From: Candidatus Eiseniibacteriota bacterium
GTDB taxonomy: Bacteria; Eisenbacteria; RBG-16-71-46
Reading direction: 5' to 3'
Length of the DNA: 64,000 bases
NCBI GenBank assembly: GCA_031370785.1
Contig: JANMQY010000079.1
Span: 40,675-104,674, forward strand
Position numbers and translations under genes: made by a program. The notes under the pieces are model-generated. The model did not search any database. It was not told the origin of the DNA and saw only the letters and a program-made list of their open reading frames with translations. Positions 1 to 10,624 of the stretch are shown here, one piece after another (the first letter of the stretch is position 1; each line of letters opens with the position of its first letter).

Positions 1-184
1 ACTCGAATCCGGGAGTTCGCCCCGCGCGGCACCGCACGCATCGCGCGCTCTGCGCGCGCGCACGCCGACTGTTCGGAAGCTGGGAGGGCGCGGTCCGCGC
101 GGCGGGACTCGACTACGCCGAGCTGGTCACGATTGCACGGCAGCGCGCCTCGCGCGCCCGCCGGCTCACCTGGCGTCGCGCGCG

Positions 185-877
185 CTAAGCGCGACCGAAG
201 TCGTCGCCGGCTTCGGTTTGCTCTTCGGCGTGGTGCTTGATCACCCGTGCCTCGGCGATGAACACCACTTCTTCGGCGATGTTGGTGGCGAGGTCGGCGA
301 CACGCTCCAGGTTGCGCGCGACCAGGATCAGCTCCATCGCCCGGGTGATGGTGGTCGGATTCTCCACCATGAAACTGAGCAGCTCGCGGAAGACCTGATC
401 GTTCAGACTGTCGACCACGTCGTCGGCGCGGCACAGGCGCCGCGCGCTCACGGCATCCTGGCGCACGAACGCGTCGAGCGACTCGCGCAGCATCCCGTTC
501 GCGAGCTCGGCCATTCGCGGGATGTCCACCAGCGGCTTGAGCAGGGGCTGTCCGGCCAGCCGCATCACGCTTCCGGCGATATTCACCGCATGGTCGCCGA
601 CCCGCTCCAGGTCGTTGTTGATCTTGAGCGCGGCGGTGATGAAGCGCAGGTCGCGCGCCATCGGCTGCTGGAGCGCGAGCAGGCGCAGGCAGCGCTCGTC
701 GATGTCGAGCTCCATGCGATCGATGATCTTGTCGTCGGCGAAGACCTCGCGAGCCAGGGTCTCATCCAGACGGCGCAGCGCGTCGATCGACTTGAGCACG
801 ATGCTCTCGGAGTGTCCGCCCATGAGCAGCAGCTGCTGCTTGAGCTGCTCCAGCTCGCGTTCGAAATGCCTTTCCAC
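185..877 (-). CDS. phoU: Phosphate signalling complex protein PhoU
   Basis: C-terminal part of ORF 185..1630. GTG start after a GGAGA RBS (VERHFERELEQL). PhoU repeats with LALQQPMARDLR, DLERVGDHAVNIA and LERVADLATNIAEEV. Last gene of the pst operon. Confidence 0.95.
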   Translation of the reverse strand: MERHFERELEQLKQQLLLMGGHSESIVLKSIDALRRLDETLAREVFADDKIIDRMELDIDERCLRLLALQQPMARDLRFITAALKINNDLERVGDHAVNIAGSVMRLAGQPLLKPLVDIPRMAELANGMLRESLDAFVRQDAVSARRLCRADDVVDSLNDQVFRELLSFMVENPTTITRAMELILVARNLERVADLATNIAEEVVFIAEARVIKHHAEEQTEAGDDFGRA

Positions 878-909
878 GTGTGTTCTCCGCCCCGGTTTGG
901 CGCCGGCGC

Positions 910-1773
910 TCAGCCGAAGCGCCCGGTGATGTATTCCTCGGTGAGCTTCTGGCGCGGGCGCGTGAACAGCTCCCGCGTATTGCCCACCTCGATCAGCTCT
1001 CCCGACAGCATGAACGCGGTCCGATCCGAGATGCGCGCGGCCTGCTGCATGTTGTGGGTCACGACCACGATCGTGTAGCGCGATTTGAGATCCAGCACCA
1101 GCTCTTCGATGCGTGCGGTTGCGGTCGGGTCGAGCGCGGAGGCCGGCTCGTCCATCAGCAGGACCTCGGGCTCGACCGCGAGCGCGCGCGCGATGCACAT
1201 GCGCTGCTGCTGCCCGCCCGACAGCTGGAGCGCGGAGCGGCCGAGCCGGTCGCGCACCTCGTCCCACAGCGCCGCGCGGCGCAGGCTGTTCTCGACGTGC
1301 GACTCGAGCTCGCCACGGTCGCGAATCCCGAGCAGCCGAAGTCCGAAGGCCACGTTGTCGAAGATGCTTCGCGGAAAGGGATTGGGGCGCTGGAACACCA
1401 TGCCGACGCGACGCCTGAGCTCGACCGTGTCGGTCGATGGTGCGTAGACATCGATCTCGGACACCCGGATCTCGCCCGTGACGCGCACGCTGGGAATCAG
1501 ATCGTTCATCCGGTTGAATGCGCGCAGCAGCGTACTCTTGCCGCATCCCGACGGGCCGATGATCGCGGTGACCCCCCGCTCCGGAACGTCGAGGGATACC
1601 GACTTGAGCGCCTGGTGGTTTCCGTACCACAGGTTGAAGTCGCGCGTGCAGATGCGCGGCTCCACGACGCGCCCGCTCTCGGCATCGCGCGCCGGGTCCG
1701 GGTTGCGAGGCGCGGATCCGGCGGCGATCTCCGGAAGGATCGTCCGGATCGTGGGAGGAGCTTCCAGAGACAC
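910..1773 (-). CDS. pstB: Phosphate ABC transporter ATP-binding protein
   Basis: [52 protein letters not shown]-terminal [13 protein letters not shown] start just after the pstA stop (inferred). Confidence 0.95.
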   Translation of the reverse strand: MSLEAPPTIRTILPEIAAGSAPRNPDPARDAESGRVVEPRICTRDFNLWYGNHQALKSVSLDVPERGVTAIIGPSGCGKSTLLRAFNRMNDLIPSVRVTGEIRVSEIDVYAPSTDTVELRRRVGMVFQRPNPFPRSIFDNVAFGLRLLGIRDRGELESHVENSLRRAALWDEVRDRLGRSALQLSGGQQQRMCIARALAVEPEVLLMDEPASALDPTATARIEELVLDLKSRYTIVVVTHNMQQAARISDRTAFMLSGELIEVGNTRELFTRPRQKLTEEYITGRFG

Positions 1774-1775
1774 CC

Positions 1776-2660
1776 CTAGTTTCTCCCGGGCAATCGCCGC
1801 AAGGTCAGTCGCAGGATGCCGGACATCAACGTGACGAGCAGGAGCAGCACGAGCGCTCCGGTCCAGGCCTGGCGGTTCCAGTCCTCGTAGGGCGCCTTGG
1901 CGTAATCGTAGATCATGACGGGAAGCGAGGCGATTGGCTGGTCCAGGCGAATCGACCAGAACCGGTTGCCGAGCGCGGTGAACAGCAGCGGCGCGGTCTC
2001 CCCGGCGGCGCGCGACAGCGCGAGCAGGCTCGCGGTCACGATGCCGGCCGAGGCCGACGGGATCACCACCGACTGGATCGCGCGCCAGCGCGGCGCTCCC
2101 AGCGCGAGCGCGGCCTCGGTGTAGGAGCGCGGCACGAGGCGCACCACTTCCTCGGTCGAGCGCACGATGGTCGGCAGCATCAGGATGGCGAGCGCGACGC
2201 CGCCAGCCAGGGCCGAGAACCGGCCCATCGGCAGCACCACCAGCCCGTAGGCCGCGACCCCGACCACGATCGACGGCACGCCGGCGAGAACATCGGCGGT
2301 GTAGCGCACGATCATTCCCAGTCGGCCTCCGCCATACGTCGCGAGCCACACGCCGGCGCCGACTCCGACCGGCACCGCGATCAGGCCGCCGAGCCCGGTC
2401 ACGATCAGCGTCCCGATGATCGCGTTGGCCATGCCGCCGCCCGGCTCTCCGACCGGCTTGGGCAGATTGAAGAAGAACGAAGGGCGAAGCGCAGGCAGAC
2501 CCTTCGCGAGCAGGTGCCACACGATGAAGGCGAGCGGCAGCACCACCAGCGCGGCCGCGATCCAGCACGCCGCAAGGAGCGAGGCGTTGTGAATCAGCCG
2601 CAACCTCGAGGGGCCGCGCCCGGCCGAACGGGCCAGCGCGTCAGGCCGTGCCGGCGACAT
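1776..2660 (-). CDS. pstA: Phosphate ABC transporter permease PstA
   Basis: [40 protein letters not shown]; hydrophobic. Confidence 0.95.
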   Translation of the reverse strand: MSPARPDALARSAGRGPSRLRLIHNASLLAACWIAAALVVLPLAFIVWHLLAKGLPALRPSFFFNLPKPVGEPGGGMANAIIGTLIVTGLGGLIAVPVGVGAGVWLATYGGGRLGMIVRYTADVLAGVPSIVVGVAAYGLVVLPMGRFSALAGGVALAILMLPTIVRSTEEVVRLVPRSYTEAALALGAPRWRAIQSVVIPSASAGIVTASLLALSRAAGETAPLLFTALGNRFWSIRLDQPIASLPVMIYDYAKAPYEDWNRQAWTGALVLLLLVTLMSGILRLTLRRLPGRN

Positions 2661-3636
2661 CGCGTCTTCCTCCGGTCGCGAGGTGGACGAGCAGGCGCGC
2701 CCCGGCGTTGACCACCAGCGTCAGCGCGAACAGCACCAGCGCCACCTCGATCAGCGCGGAAAGGTAGAGAGCGCCGGTCGCCTCGGTGAACTCGTTGGCG
2801 ATCACGCTCGCCATGGTCGAGCCGGGCGCGAGCAACGAGGCCGAGATGCGATTGGTGTTCCCGATCACCATGGTCACCGCCATGGTTTCCCCGAGCGCGC
2901 GCCCGAGCGCAAGGATCACCGCGCCGAGGATTCCCGGCCTCGCGGCGTCGACCGCGACCGCGATCGCCTCGGCGCGGGTCGAGCCGAGCGCCAGCGCCGC
3001 TTCACGCAGCGAACGCGGCGTCGCGAGCAGGATCTCTCGCGAGATCGAGACCACCGTCGGCAGCACCATGATGGCGAGCACGATGCCCGCGTTGAGAACG
3101 CCGATGCCGAAGGGGGGACCCGTGAACAGCGGCATGAACCCGAGGTGCTGGATCAGCCACGGCTCGACGGCGGTGCGCAGGACGGGCGCGAGCACGAACA
3201 GTCCCCACAGCCCGTACACGATGCTCGGGATCGAGGCGAGCAGATCGACCACGAACGCGACGGCTTCGCCGACCCGGGGCGGCGCCAGCTCGGAGAGGAA
3301 CACCGCGGCCCCGATCCCGAGCGGCACCGCGAGCAGCATCGCGATCGCCGAGGTCACCAGCGTGCCGTACACGTAGGGCAGCGCGCCGAACTTCTCCGCG
3401 ACCGGATCCCAGGTGGTGGAGGTGAAGAACTGCCACCCGAAGGTGCGCAACGAGAGCTGCGCGCCCCGAGTGGACTCGAACACGATCAGCGCGGCGACCA
3501 GGAACACGAACAGGGCGCACGCGCCGAGCAGCCCCTGGTATGCGGTGTCGGCATGTGCCCAGGGCTTCGCCCGTGCGATCGGTCGGGTGAGCACCGGCAG
3601 ATGGCTCGCGCCGGCCGTTCCGGTTCGGGAGGTCAC
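2641..3636 (-). CDS. pstC: Phosphate ABC transporter permease PstC
   Basis: FGALPYVYGTL, LASIPSIVYGLWG, GRALGETMAV, TMASVIANEF. Confidence 0.95.
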   Translation of the reverse strand: MTSRTGTAGASHLPVLTRPIARAKPWAHADTAYQGLLGACALFVFLVAALIVFESTRGAQLSLRTFGWQFFTSTTWDPVAEKFGALPYVYGTLVTSAIAMLLAVPLGIGAAVFLSELAPPRVGEAVAFVVDLLASIPSIVYGLWGLFVLAPVLRTAVEPWLIQHLGFMPLFTGPPFGIGVLNAGIVLAIMVLPTVVSISREILLATPRSLREAALALGSTRAEAIAVAVDAARPGILGAVILALGRALGETMAVTMVIGNTNRISASLLAPGSTMASVIANEFTEATGALYLSALIEVALVLFALTLVVNAGARLLVHLATGGRRDVAGTA

Positions 3637-3652
3637 CGGCTGTCCCGGGCGC

Positions 3653-4714
3653 TCACTGCAGCACCGGCCTGCCGTTCGCGGTCAGCTTGAGCAGGTTCGC
3701 ATCGTTGATCTTGATCACCGCCTCGGGCAGCCGGGCGTAGTCCAGCGCCTCGGCCATGCTCTGTCCGTCGTGCATCGCCCAGCGGATGAATTCCGCGAGC
3801 GTGCGCGCTTTCTTCCCGTCCTTCAGGTCCCTGTAGACGAGCAGATAGGTGAGCCCCGCGATGGGGTAGGCGTCCGGGCTCGCCGAGTTCACGATTGGTG
3901 CGCGTACGTCCTTCGCAAGCGCCGCCTCCGCGCCGGCGACGGCCGCGGTGGTCGAAGCCAGCGAGGGTTCGACGAACTTGCCCGCCTTGTTGCGCAGCGC
4001 CGCGATCGGAAGCTGGTTCTGCTTCGCATACGCCAGCTCCACGTAGCCGATCGCGCCCGGAGATTGCCGTATCAGGCCGGCCACGCCCTCGTTGCCCTTG
4101 CCGCCGACACCGGCCGGCCAGCTCACCGAGGTGTTGGCGCCGACCAGCTCCTTCCACTCGGTGCTGACCGACGAGAGGTAGGTGGTGAAGATGTTCGTCG
4201 TGCCGCTGCCATCCGACCGGTGCACAGGCAGGATCGGCACCGGAGGCAGCGCGACGCCGGGGTTGGCGGCGGCGATCGCCTTGTCGTTCCACACCGTGAT
4301 CCGGCCGAGAGAGATTCCGGTCAGGGCCTCGGGCGTGAGCTGGAGCCGGCCCTTGAAGTCGGGAAGGTTGTAGGCGATCGCGACCGCCCCGGCGACGGTC
4401 GGGAAATGGATGATCGGGCGCGGCAGCTCGCGGAGCCGATCGTCCGAGAGCGCCGCGTCGCTGGCCCCGAAATCGACGGTGCCGGCCTTCACCTGCTGGA
4501 TGCCCGCGCCGCTGCCGATCGACTGATAGTTGATGCCCACCCCGGTCTTCTTCTGGTACGTGTCGAACCACTTCGAGTAGATGGGATAGGGAAAGGTCGC
4601 GCCTGCCCCGGTCAGATTCTGCGCCCGCGCACAACTGGCCGGACCGAGCGCCGCCAGCGCCAGGCCGAGGAGCGCCGCGACTCCGGTCACCTGTCGCTTC
4701 AATGTGCTTCTCAT
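3653..4714 (-). CDS. pstS: Phosphate ABC transporter substrate-binding protein PstS
   Basis: Signal peptide, then GAGATFPYPIY, YQSIGSGAG, DFGASDA, RSDGSGTT, GKGNEGV. ATG at 4714 after GAAAGG. Confidence 0.95.
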   Translation of the reverse strand: MRSTLKRQVTGVAALLGLALAALGPASCARAQNLTGAGATFPYPIYSKWFDTYQKKTGVGINYQSIGSGAGIQQVKAGTVDFGASDAALSDDRLRELPRPIIHFPTVAGAVAIAYNLPDFKGRLQLTPEALTGISLGRITVWNDKAIAAANPGVALPPVPILPVHRSDGSGTTNIFTTYLSSVSTEWKELVGANTSVSWPAGVGGKGNEGVAGLIRQSPGAIGYVELAYAKQNQLPIAALRNKAGKFVEPSLASTTAAVAGAEAALAKDVRAPIVNSASPDAYPIAGLTYLLVYRDLKDGKKARTLAEFIRWAMHDGQSMAEALDYARLPEAVIKINDANLLKLTANGRPVLQ

Positions 4715-4737
4715 GGGTCTGGCCCTTTCGTTGAGTT

Positions 4738-5943
4738 TCACGACTGCGGCCTGCTGAACCGGTAGAACAGAGTGATGCGGGCCTGCAGGTCGTGGTGAGC
4801 GGGGGCGACCGCCGTGCCCTTCGCCAGATACTGAGTGGCCTCGACGTTGGGAATGACGTGGACGTCCTTGAACGGCTGCCAGTCGACACCCGCGATCCAC
4901 AGCTGCGAATCCACGCGATTGCTCGCGCGACGATTTGGAATCCACTGGTCGAAGCGCGCCAGCAGCACGACCGTGGAGCTTAACGTCGCGCGGGCAAAAC
5001 ACGAGTACCCGCGCGGCTCCTCGGTCGGGGCCGGACCCTTTCGATTCAGCCGGTCGAGCGCCTCGAAACCGATCGCGACGCGCCTGAATTCATATCCCGC
5101 GAAGATCTTCCAGGTGGTCTGGTCGTTGTTGATCGCCGCGCTCTCGGGCTGGACCGGCTGCGCTCGGTCGAGGTTCACCCGCACGCCCTGATAGTCCGCG
5201 TACGGCTCGATGCGCAGAGCGCCCACACGCAGCGGCAGCGCGAAGTAGAGCTTCTTGAACCGATCGGTCTCCGGTTTCTGGCCGGTGCCATCGCCGATCG
5301 CGGCGATGTAGCCGACATGGTGATCCGGGTCGGCGAATCCCTTGAGCTCGAGGGCGAGGTCGGTCGCATTGCCGATCGAGCGGAAGTCGCCAATCGTCTT
5401 CTCGACCGCGCGGTATTGCCAGAAATCCTCGGAGTTCTCCCACGTTGGAGTGACGATCATGCCGACGTACAGATCGGTGCGCGGCAGGACGCCCTTGGCC
5501 TGAAGGTAGGCCGAGCGCAGGGCGACTCCGATCTTTCCGTCCGAGGTCAGGGACTTGCTGTCGGCTTCGAGTCGAAAGCGCGTGGCGAGGCGGACCGAAA
5601 GATCGTTGTCGAGCTGGAAGTAGACGCGGCGGATCTGAACGCCGTTCAATCCCTGGGTGATCGGTTTCTTTCCGTCGATGTTGGTCTGACCCAGGTCCGC
5701 GCCGTTCACGTCGTAGACGTGGCTGGGGTCACCGGAGAGATTGCCGTAGAGGTCACCGAACACCAGGCCGCTGATCCGTCCGCGCGGGAAGTCGGGGGGG
5801 GTCTGCGGAACCACGATCGCGATCGGGATCGGCGGCGGGGTCGAGGCGCTATCCGGCGAGGTCGAGCCGGTCGCGGACATCTGTGCGGAGCAGGGGACCG
5901 CAACGGTCAGCGCTGCGGCAATGAACCAGGCGCGTCCTGTCAT
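4738..5943 (-). CDS. Putative phosphate-selective outer-membrane porin
   Basis: Signal peptide (MTGRAWFIAAALTVAVPCSA), AAAGGAG RBS, amphipathic beta strands, porin-like QIRRVYF and LRSAYL segments. First gene of the pst operon. Specificity inferred from context only. Confidence 0.7.
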   Translation of the reverse strand: MTGRAWFIAAALTVAVPCSAQMSATGSTSPDSASTPPPIPIAIVVPQTPPDFPRGRISGLVFGDLYGNLSGDPSHVYDVNGADLGQTNIDGKKPITQGLNGVQIRRVYFQLDNDLSVRLATRFRLEADSKSLTSDGKIGVALRSAYLQAKGVLPRTDLYVGMIVTPTWENSEDFWQYRAVEKTIGDFRSIGNATDLALELKGFADPDHHVGYIAAIGDGTGQKPETDRFKKLYFALPLRVGALRIEPYADYQGVRVNLDRAQPVQPESAAINNDQTTWKIFAGYEFRRVAIGFEALDRLNRKGPAPTEEPRGYSCFARATLSSTVVLLARFDQWIPNRRASNRVDSQLWIAGVDWQPFKDVHVIPNVEATQYLAKGTAVAPAHHDLQARITLFYRFSRPQS

Positions 5944-6036
5944 GGCGCTCCTTTCGGGATGGAGTGTCGCTGCAACTGGAGTTTCGAGGGGTTCCACTTC
6001 GGCCGCCGCATGTCCCGGTAAAAGAACACGGCGGGA

Positions 6037-6063
6037 GTTACGGCAGCGTTACGGCCGGATGAA
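6037..6063 (-). promoter_or_regulatory. Pho-box-like triple direct repeat
   Basis: Minus strand TTCAT-N6-GTAAC-N6-GTAAC with exact 11-bp period, about 95 nt upstream of the porin-pst operon. Resembles PhoB half-sites. Confidence 0.6.
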
Positions 6064-6130
6064 ATGCATGGAACGGCCGACAAGGCGCAGGGAATTCCAC
6101 GGGGAGTCCGTCTGCCAGCGCCTCAGAGCC

Positions 6131-6472
6131 TCATTCTTCGTCGGTCCGGGCGCGTTCGCGTTTCCGGCGCGCGGCAACCCGCTTGGCGGCGAGGCGCGCC
6201 TCGACCGCGGAGCGGCTCGGCCGGGTCGCGTGACGTGGCTTGGGCTTGTGGGCGCGGCGCTGGATCTCGGCCCACACCCTTTCGAGTGCGGCTTCACGGT
6301 TGCGCAGCTGCGAGCGGCTCTCGGTGGCGATGCGGGTGATTCCGGTCGGGCGATGGCGCACGCGCACGCTCGACTCGGTCTTGTTCTTCTTCTGTCCGCC
6401 CGGCCCCGACGATTTGTAGGCAACGACATCGCAGTCGCGGGCCAGGCGCTCGAGATGTTCCGGCAACGCCAT
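6131..6472 (-). CDS. Peptide chain release factor-like protein (ArfB-like ribosome rescue hydrolase)
   Basis: SSGPGGQKKNKTESSVR GGQ motif, ESRSQLRNR, basic tail PRHATRPSRSAVEARLAAKR. Confidence 0.85.
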   Translation of the reverse strand: MALPEHLERLARDCDVVAYKSSGPGGQKKNKTESSVRVRHRPTGITRIATESRSQLRNREAALERVWAEIQRRAHKPKPRHATRPSRSAVEARLAAKRVAARRKRERARTDEE

Positions 6473-6547
6473 GGCCGCATGCTAGCGCAGGAGCGGCCGC
6501 GTTTCGCTGCCGTTTGGTGAGCGTTTACTTCCCGCCATGCCCGGCGA

Positions 6548-8998
6548 ATGACCTATTGCATCGAAGGTGCGAACTCGGGGATCATCGTGCGGTCGCCAAG
6601 CCGGCCCGGGTCTCACACCTCGGACCGGAGGCATGGCACGCGCGGGACGCGCGCCATCAGCCCCACAGGAAATCGAAGCGCGTCATCGTGCCATCGCAAC
6701 CTGCCACGCCGGCGCGCCTCTTGGAGATCCACCATCCCCCGTTCCTCCTGCCCCGCATCGGGCCCGGCATTCGCACGCCGCGTGGCCCGGATCTTCGCGA
6801 TTGCCGTTTTTGGAGCACTCACGCTGTTCGGTAGCCCACGCGCGGGTAATCGCATCTGGACGGGCGTCGCGCCGCGGGCCCGGAGCATCGAGGCAATCGC
6901 GCGCGATCCTCTGAACCCTTCTCGCATGTGGGTCGCCTCGTTCGGAGCCGGCGTGTACCGGTCGCTGGACGGGGGGGTGACCTGGAAGGCATATCGCTCG
7001 GGCCTGATCAACACCTTCGTGCGCTGTCTCGCAGTTCAGCCCCTGCATCCGGATTCGGTTCTGTGCGGCACTAACGACGGCGTGTTCCTCAGCGTGGACG
7101 GTGGCGTGACGTGGAAGGCTCTGCTCTCGACGACTCGATCGGTGCGCTCGCTCGCCATTCATCCGGTGCGGACCGGCGTCGTCTATGCGGCGCTGTACGG
7201 CGGCGGCGTCTACAAGTCGCTGAACGCGGGCGCGAGCTGGAGCGCGATCAACCTGGGCCTGGTCAACACCAACGTGCGTGACATCGCGATCTATCCGACG
7301 CGGCCCGAGACCCTGCTGGCTGCGACCGGGACCGGCGGCGGAATTCATCGGAGCTTCAACGGTGGCTTGAGCTGGGCCCAGGTGCCGGACACTACGGCAA
7401 CTCGGGGCGCGGCGGAGCAGGTGCAGTTCGACGCGCTCGACCCCTCGCGAATCTATGTCGCCGAGCTGGACCGCGGCGTGCTGCGCAGCACCGACGGCGG
7501 CACCAACTGGGGGCGCATCAACGGTGGCCTGTCGTCGTTCCGGGGACGATCGCTGGCGGTGGTGGACACGCTGCGCTGGTTCGGCACCGACGGCGCCGGC
7601 GTTTTCGTGACCTCGCTCAACGATACGATGTGGCACCCCGTCGACATCGGGCCGACCGGCCGGGTCGTGGATGCGCTGTGGTCCTCGGCCGCGGAACCGT
7701 CCACCGCCCTCGCGGGTACTGACGGAGACGGGATGTTCCTCACTTCCGACCGCGGAGCGTCGTGGATCCCGGTAGACGGCGGCCTGATGTCCACTCAGGC
7801 GTTTTCACTCGCGGTGCGCCCATCCACTCATGTCGTCTATGCCGGCACCGGCTTCGGCGATCAGTTCTGGCGGAGCGCGGACGTCGGCGCGTCGTGGACG
7901 CGCGCCACGCGATTGGTCACGAACAATTCGGAACATGGTGTCGCACCGGATCCGCTGCTGGCCGGTCGAGTGTATCTGTCGGCGTATGGCTCGGGGGTGT
8001 ACCGCAGTGATGACGATGGCGCGACCTGGCTGAATCCCGACAGCCTGAACGCAACGCTCACCAACCGGTTCGTCCGCCCGCTGCTGGTCTGGCCGGGCCA
8101 GAGCGAGCACCTGTTCGTCGGCACCGGCATCGGACCATTCGAGAGCACGGACGGAGGCGCGCAATGGGCTTCACGCGTCGGGAACCTGCCGGCGGGCTTC
8201 GGCGTGCACTCAATGGCGCTGGTGCCGGGGGTGCCGGCCACGTTGTATGTGGGGAACGACAGCGCCGGCGTCTACCGCTCGAACGATGGCGGCACGACCT
8301 GGAATCAAAAATCGGCCGGGCTGCTCTCGCCATTCGTTCGCGCCATCGTAGTGGACGCCGTCGATCCGCTCCGGGTATACGTCGCGACCGACTCGGGAGT
8401 ATTTCGCAGCGTCGATGGGGGTAACGCGTGGGTCGCGGCGCGCGCCGGGCTCCCCGCGGGGCTGGTGGTGCGGGCGCTGGTGCAGGATCCGGCGCACGGA
8501 GCGCTATTCTGCGGCGTCTATGGAGGCGGAGTGTTCGAGAGCGTCGATGGTGCCGGCACCTGGCTGCCGGTCTTCGGGCAGCAGGGGCTCAGTGATCTGC
8601 ACGTACGCGCGCTTGCGGTGGACACCGGCCAGCGCGCCCTCTATGCCGGCACCGAGAACGGTGTCGCCTCGGTGACCTTCTACGACGCCCTCGACGTGCC
8701 GCGGCCGGTTGCGGGATCCAGGCTTAGCCTTTCGGCCTCGCCCAACCCTTCGTCCGGGTCCGGACCCGAGCTGCGCTTCGCAATGGCACGTGCCGGCTCC
8801 GCGCAGCTTTCGATCTACGACACGGCCGGGCGCCGGGTGCGGGTGCTCGCCGACGCGTGGCTCGAAGCCGGGGAGCACGAGGCGCGCTGGGACGGCCGGG
8901 ACGCCCGCGGCTTTCCCGCGCCGGCCGGTCTCTATTTCGCGCGGCTGGTCGTACCCGACGGAGTCCGTGTCGTGCGTCTCGCGCGCCTCATGAGGTGA
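6548..8998 (+). CDS. Secreted BNR/Asp-box beta-propeller protein with C-terminal FlgD-Ig-like domain
   Basis: More than 10 SxDGGxxW Asp-boxes. C-terminal ASPNPS...IYDTAGRRVRVL...WDGRD...GLYFARL. True start probably later (e.g. GTG 6782, at a signal-peptide-like segment). Stop overlaps the capB ATG. Confidence 0.85.
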   Translation: MTYCIEGANSGIIVRSPSRPGSHTSDRRHGTRGTRAISPTGNRSASSCHRNLPRRRASWRSTIPRSSCPASGPAFARRVARIFAIAVFGALTLFGSPRAGNRIWTGVAPRARSIEAIARDPLNPSRMWVASFGAGVYRSLDGGVTWKAYRSGLINTFVRCLAVQPLHPDSVLCGTNDGVFLSVDGGVTWKALLSTTRSVRSLAIHPVRTGVVYAALYGGGVYKSLNAGASWSAINLGLVNTNVRDIAIYPTRPETLLAATGTGGGIHRSFNGGLSWAQVPDTTATRGAAEQVQFDALDPSRIYVAELDRGVLRSTDGGTNWGRINGGLSSFRGRSLAVVDTLRWFGTDGAGVFVTSLNDTMWHPVDIGPTGRVVDALWSSAAEPSTALAGTDGDGMFLTSDRGASWIPVDGGLMSTQAFSLAVRPSTHVVYAGTGFGDQFWRSADVGASWTRATRLVTNNSEHGVAPDPLLAGRVYLSAYGSGVYRSDDDGATWLNPDSLNATLTNRFVRPLLVWPGQSEHLFVGTGIGPFESTDGGAQWASRVGNLPAGFGVHSMALVPGVPATLYVGNDSAGVYRSNDGGTTWNQKSAGLLSPFVRAIVVDAVDPLRVYVATDSGVFRSVDGGNAWVAARAGLPAGLVVRALVQDPAHGALFCGVYGGGVFESVDGAGTWLPVFGQQGLSDLHVRALAVDTGQRALYAGTENGVASVTFYDALDVPRPVAGSRLSLSASPNPSSGSGPELRFAMARAGSAQLSIYDTAGRRVRVLADAWLEAGEHEARWDGRDARGFPAPAGLYFARLVVPDGVRVVRLARLMR

Positions 8999-10182
8999 TG
9001 CGGGGCATGCTCGTTCCGGGATTTCTGACGCTCGGCCTCGTGGCGTACGGCCTGTGGGAGTCGCGCTCCCACGCGGCCATGCTGTCCCGCATTCCGACCC
9101 GCGTCCACGTCAACGGCACGCGCGGAAAGTCCTCGGTGACCCGGCTCATCGCCGGTGGATTGCGCATGGGTGGCGTGAGGACTTTCGCCAAGACCACCGG
9201 CACCATGGCGCGCATGATTCGTCCCGACGGCGCAGAGGTGGACGTGTATCGAGTCGGCCGGCCCAACATCATCGAGCAGACACGCATCATACGCCGCGCG
9301 GTGGAAGCGGACACCCACGCGCTGGTCGTCGAGTGCATGGCGGTCTCACCCGAGCTACAACCGCTCTCCGAGCTGCGGCTGATCCGCAGCACGGTCGGCG
9401 TCATCACTAATTGCCGCGCCGACCACCTTGACGTGATGGGACCGACCACCGACGACGTCGCGCGGGCGCTGGCGCAGACCTGCCCGCTGCGTGGACACCT
9501 GTTCACCGCGGAGCGCGATCGCGCGTGGATCCTCGAATCGGTCGCGCGCGATCGCGGCACGGATCTGCACGTGATCGATTCTGCGGACGTCACGCCCGCC
9601 GAGATGGCGTCTTTCTCGTACATCGAGCATGCAGAGAACGTCGCGCTGGCCCTTGCGGTGTGCACGCACCTCGGGGTGTCGCGCGAGGCGGCGCTGGCGG
9701 GCATGCAGGTGGCGACTCCCGACCCGGGCGTGCTTCGCCGGTTCGTGGTTCACGTCGGGGGCAGAACGGTCGAATTCGTGAATGCGTTTGCCGCCAATGA
9801 CCCGGACTCCACCCTGCTCATCTGGGAGCGCCTCGGACTCGAAGTGCCCCGCGCCGGAATCCAGCGAATCGTTCTGGCCCACTGCCGCCCCGATCGGATA
9901 CAGCGCTCGGGCCAGATCGCGCAACTGGTCGCCACCCGACTGAAGTCGGATCACGTCGTGCTCTGCGGAGAGGATACCGATCTGGTGGCGTTTCACGCGG
10001 TCAAGGCGGGACTGCCGCGCGAGCGAATCAGCAATCTCGGAGGGCGCGGCGCGGAAGCGGTGTATGAACATGTTCTCGATCTCGTGAAGGAGAAGGGCAT
10101 CGTGGTCGGAATCGGCAATATCGTGGGACTGGGGGAGGAAATCGTGCTCCATTTCAGAAACCGGATGGTGCGTGGTGGTTGA
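8998..10182 (+). CDS. capB: Poly-gamma-glutamate synthase PgsB/CapB
   Basis: N-terminal TM, HVNGTRGKSSVTRLI ATP-binding motif, AKTTGT, PNIIEQ, VVECMAV, ITNCRADHLDVMGPT, NAFAANDPDST. Confidence 0.93.
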   Translation: MRGMLVPGFLTLGLVAYGLWESRSHAAMLSRIPTRVHVNGTRGKSSVTRLIAGGLRMGGVRTFAKTTGTMARMIRPDGAEVDVYRVGRPNIIEQTRIIRRAVEADTHALVVECMAVSPELQPLSELRLIRSTVGVITNCRADHLDVMGPTTDDVARALAQTCPLRGHLFTAERDRAWILESVARDRGTDLHVIDSADVTPAEMASFSYIEHAENVALALAVCTHLGVSREAALAGMQVATPDPGVLRRFVVHVGGRTVEFVNAFAANDPDSTLLIWERLGLEVPRAGIQRIVLAHCRPDRIQRSGQIAQLVATRLKSDHVVLCGEDTDLVAFHAVKAGLPRERISNLGGRGAEAVYEHVLDLVKEKGIVVGIGNIVGLGEEIVLHFRNRMVRGG

Positions 10183-10624
10183 ACAGGCGATCGGCCTCGG
10201 TCTGGTGATCAGCCTGATCTTCTCGGAGACTCTCGGACTGGCGGCCGGAGGCATGGTGGTGCCCGGATACCTCGCGCTCACCATCCACGAGCCGCTGCGC
10301 ATCCTCGGCACCGTGCTGATCGCGCTGCTCACCTTCGGCGCGGTGAGGTTCCTGTCGCTCTATACGCTCATCTATGGGCGGCGACGCATCGTGGTCGCCG
10401 TGCTCATCGGATTCGTATTCGGCGCACTGTCGCGCAACCTGCTGTTCTTCCGCTGGCACGAGACTCCCGTCGACATTCGCACCATCGGATACGTCATCCC
10501 CGGCCTGATCGCCAACTGGATGGAGCGCCAGGGCGTGCTACAGACCCTGTGCGTCATGACCACCACCGCGGTTCTGGTGCGCCTGCTGTTGATGCTGATC
10601 AACGGCGGAACCCTCATCCGATGA
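10172..10624 (+). CDS. capC: Poly-gamma-glutamate biosynthesis membrane protein PgsC/CapC
   Basis: 150-aa hydrophobic protein with AGGMVVPGYLAL, YGRRR and IGYVIPGLIANW, directly after capB. Confidence 0.93.
   Translation: MVVEQAIGLGLVISLIFSETLGLAAGGMVVPGYLALTIHEPLRILGTVLIALLTFGAVRFLSLYTLIYGRRRIVVAVLIGFVFGALSRNLLFFRWHETPVDIRTIGYVIPGLIANWMERQGVLQTLCVMTTTAVLVRLLLMLINGGTLIR

Noticed and set aside
1..184. Patchy similarity to the HNH gene leader (GCATCGCGCGC, GCGCGCACGCCG, GCCGAG..GTCACGA vs 41660-41770)
   Set aside because: Short GC-only matches are expected by chance here, and the region is cut by the window edge.
5973..5994. CAACT-N12-GGTTC, same length as the palindrome family
   Set aside because: The core GGAGTTTCGAGG is not self-complementary.
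6633..6914. Alternative-frame ORF with a GGAGG RBS at the start of the PGA operon
   Set aside because: It overlaps the propeller gene's signal-peptide region and has low-complexity sequence; there is no support for a real peptide.
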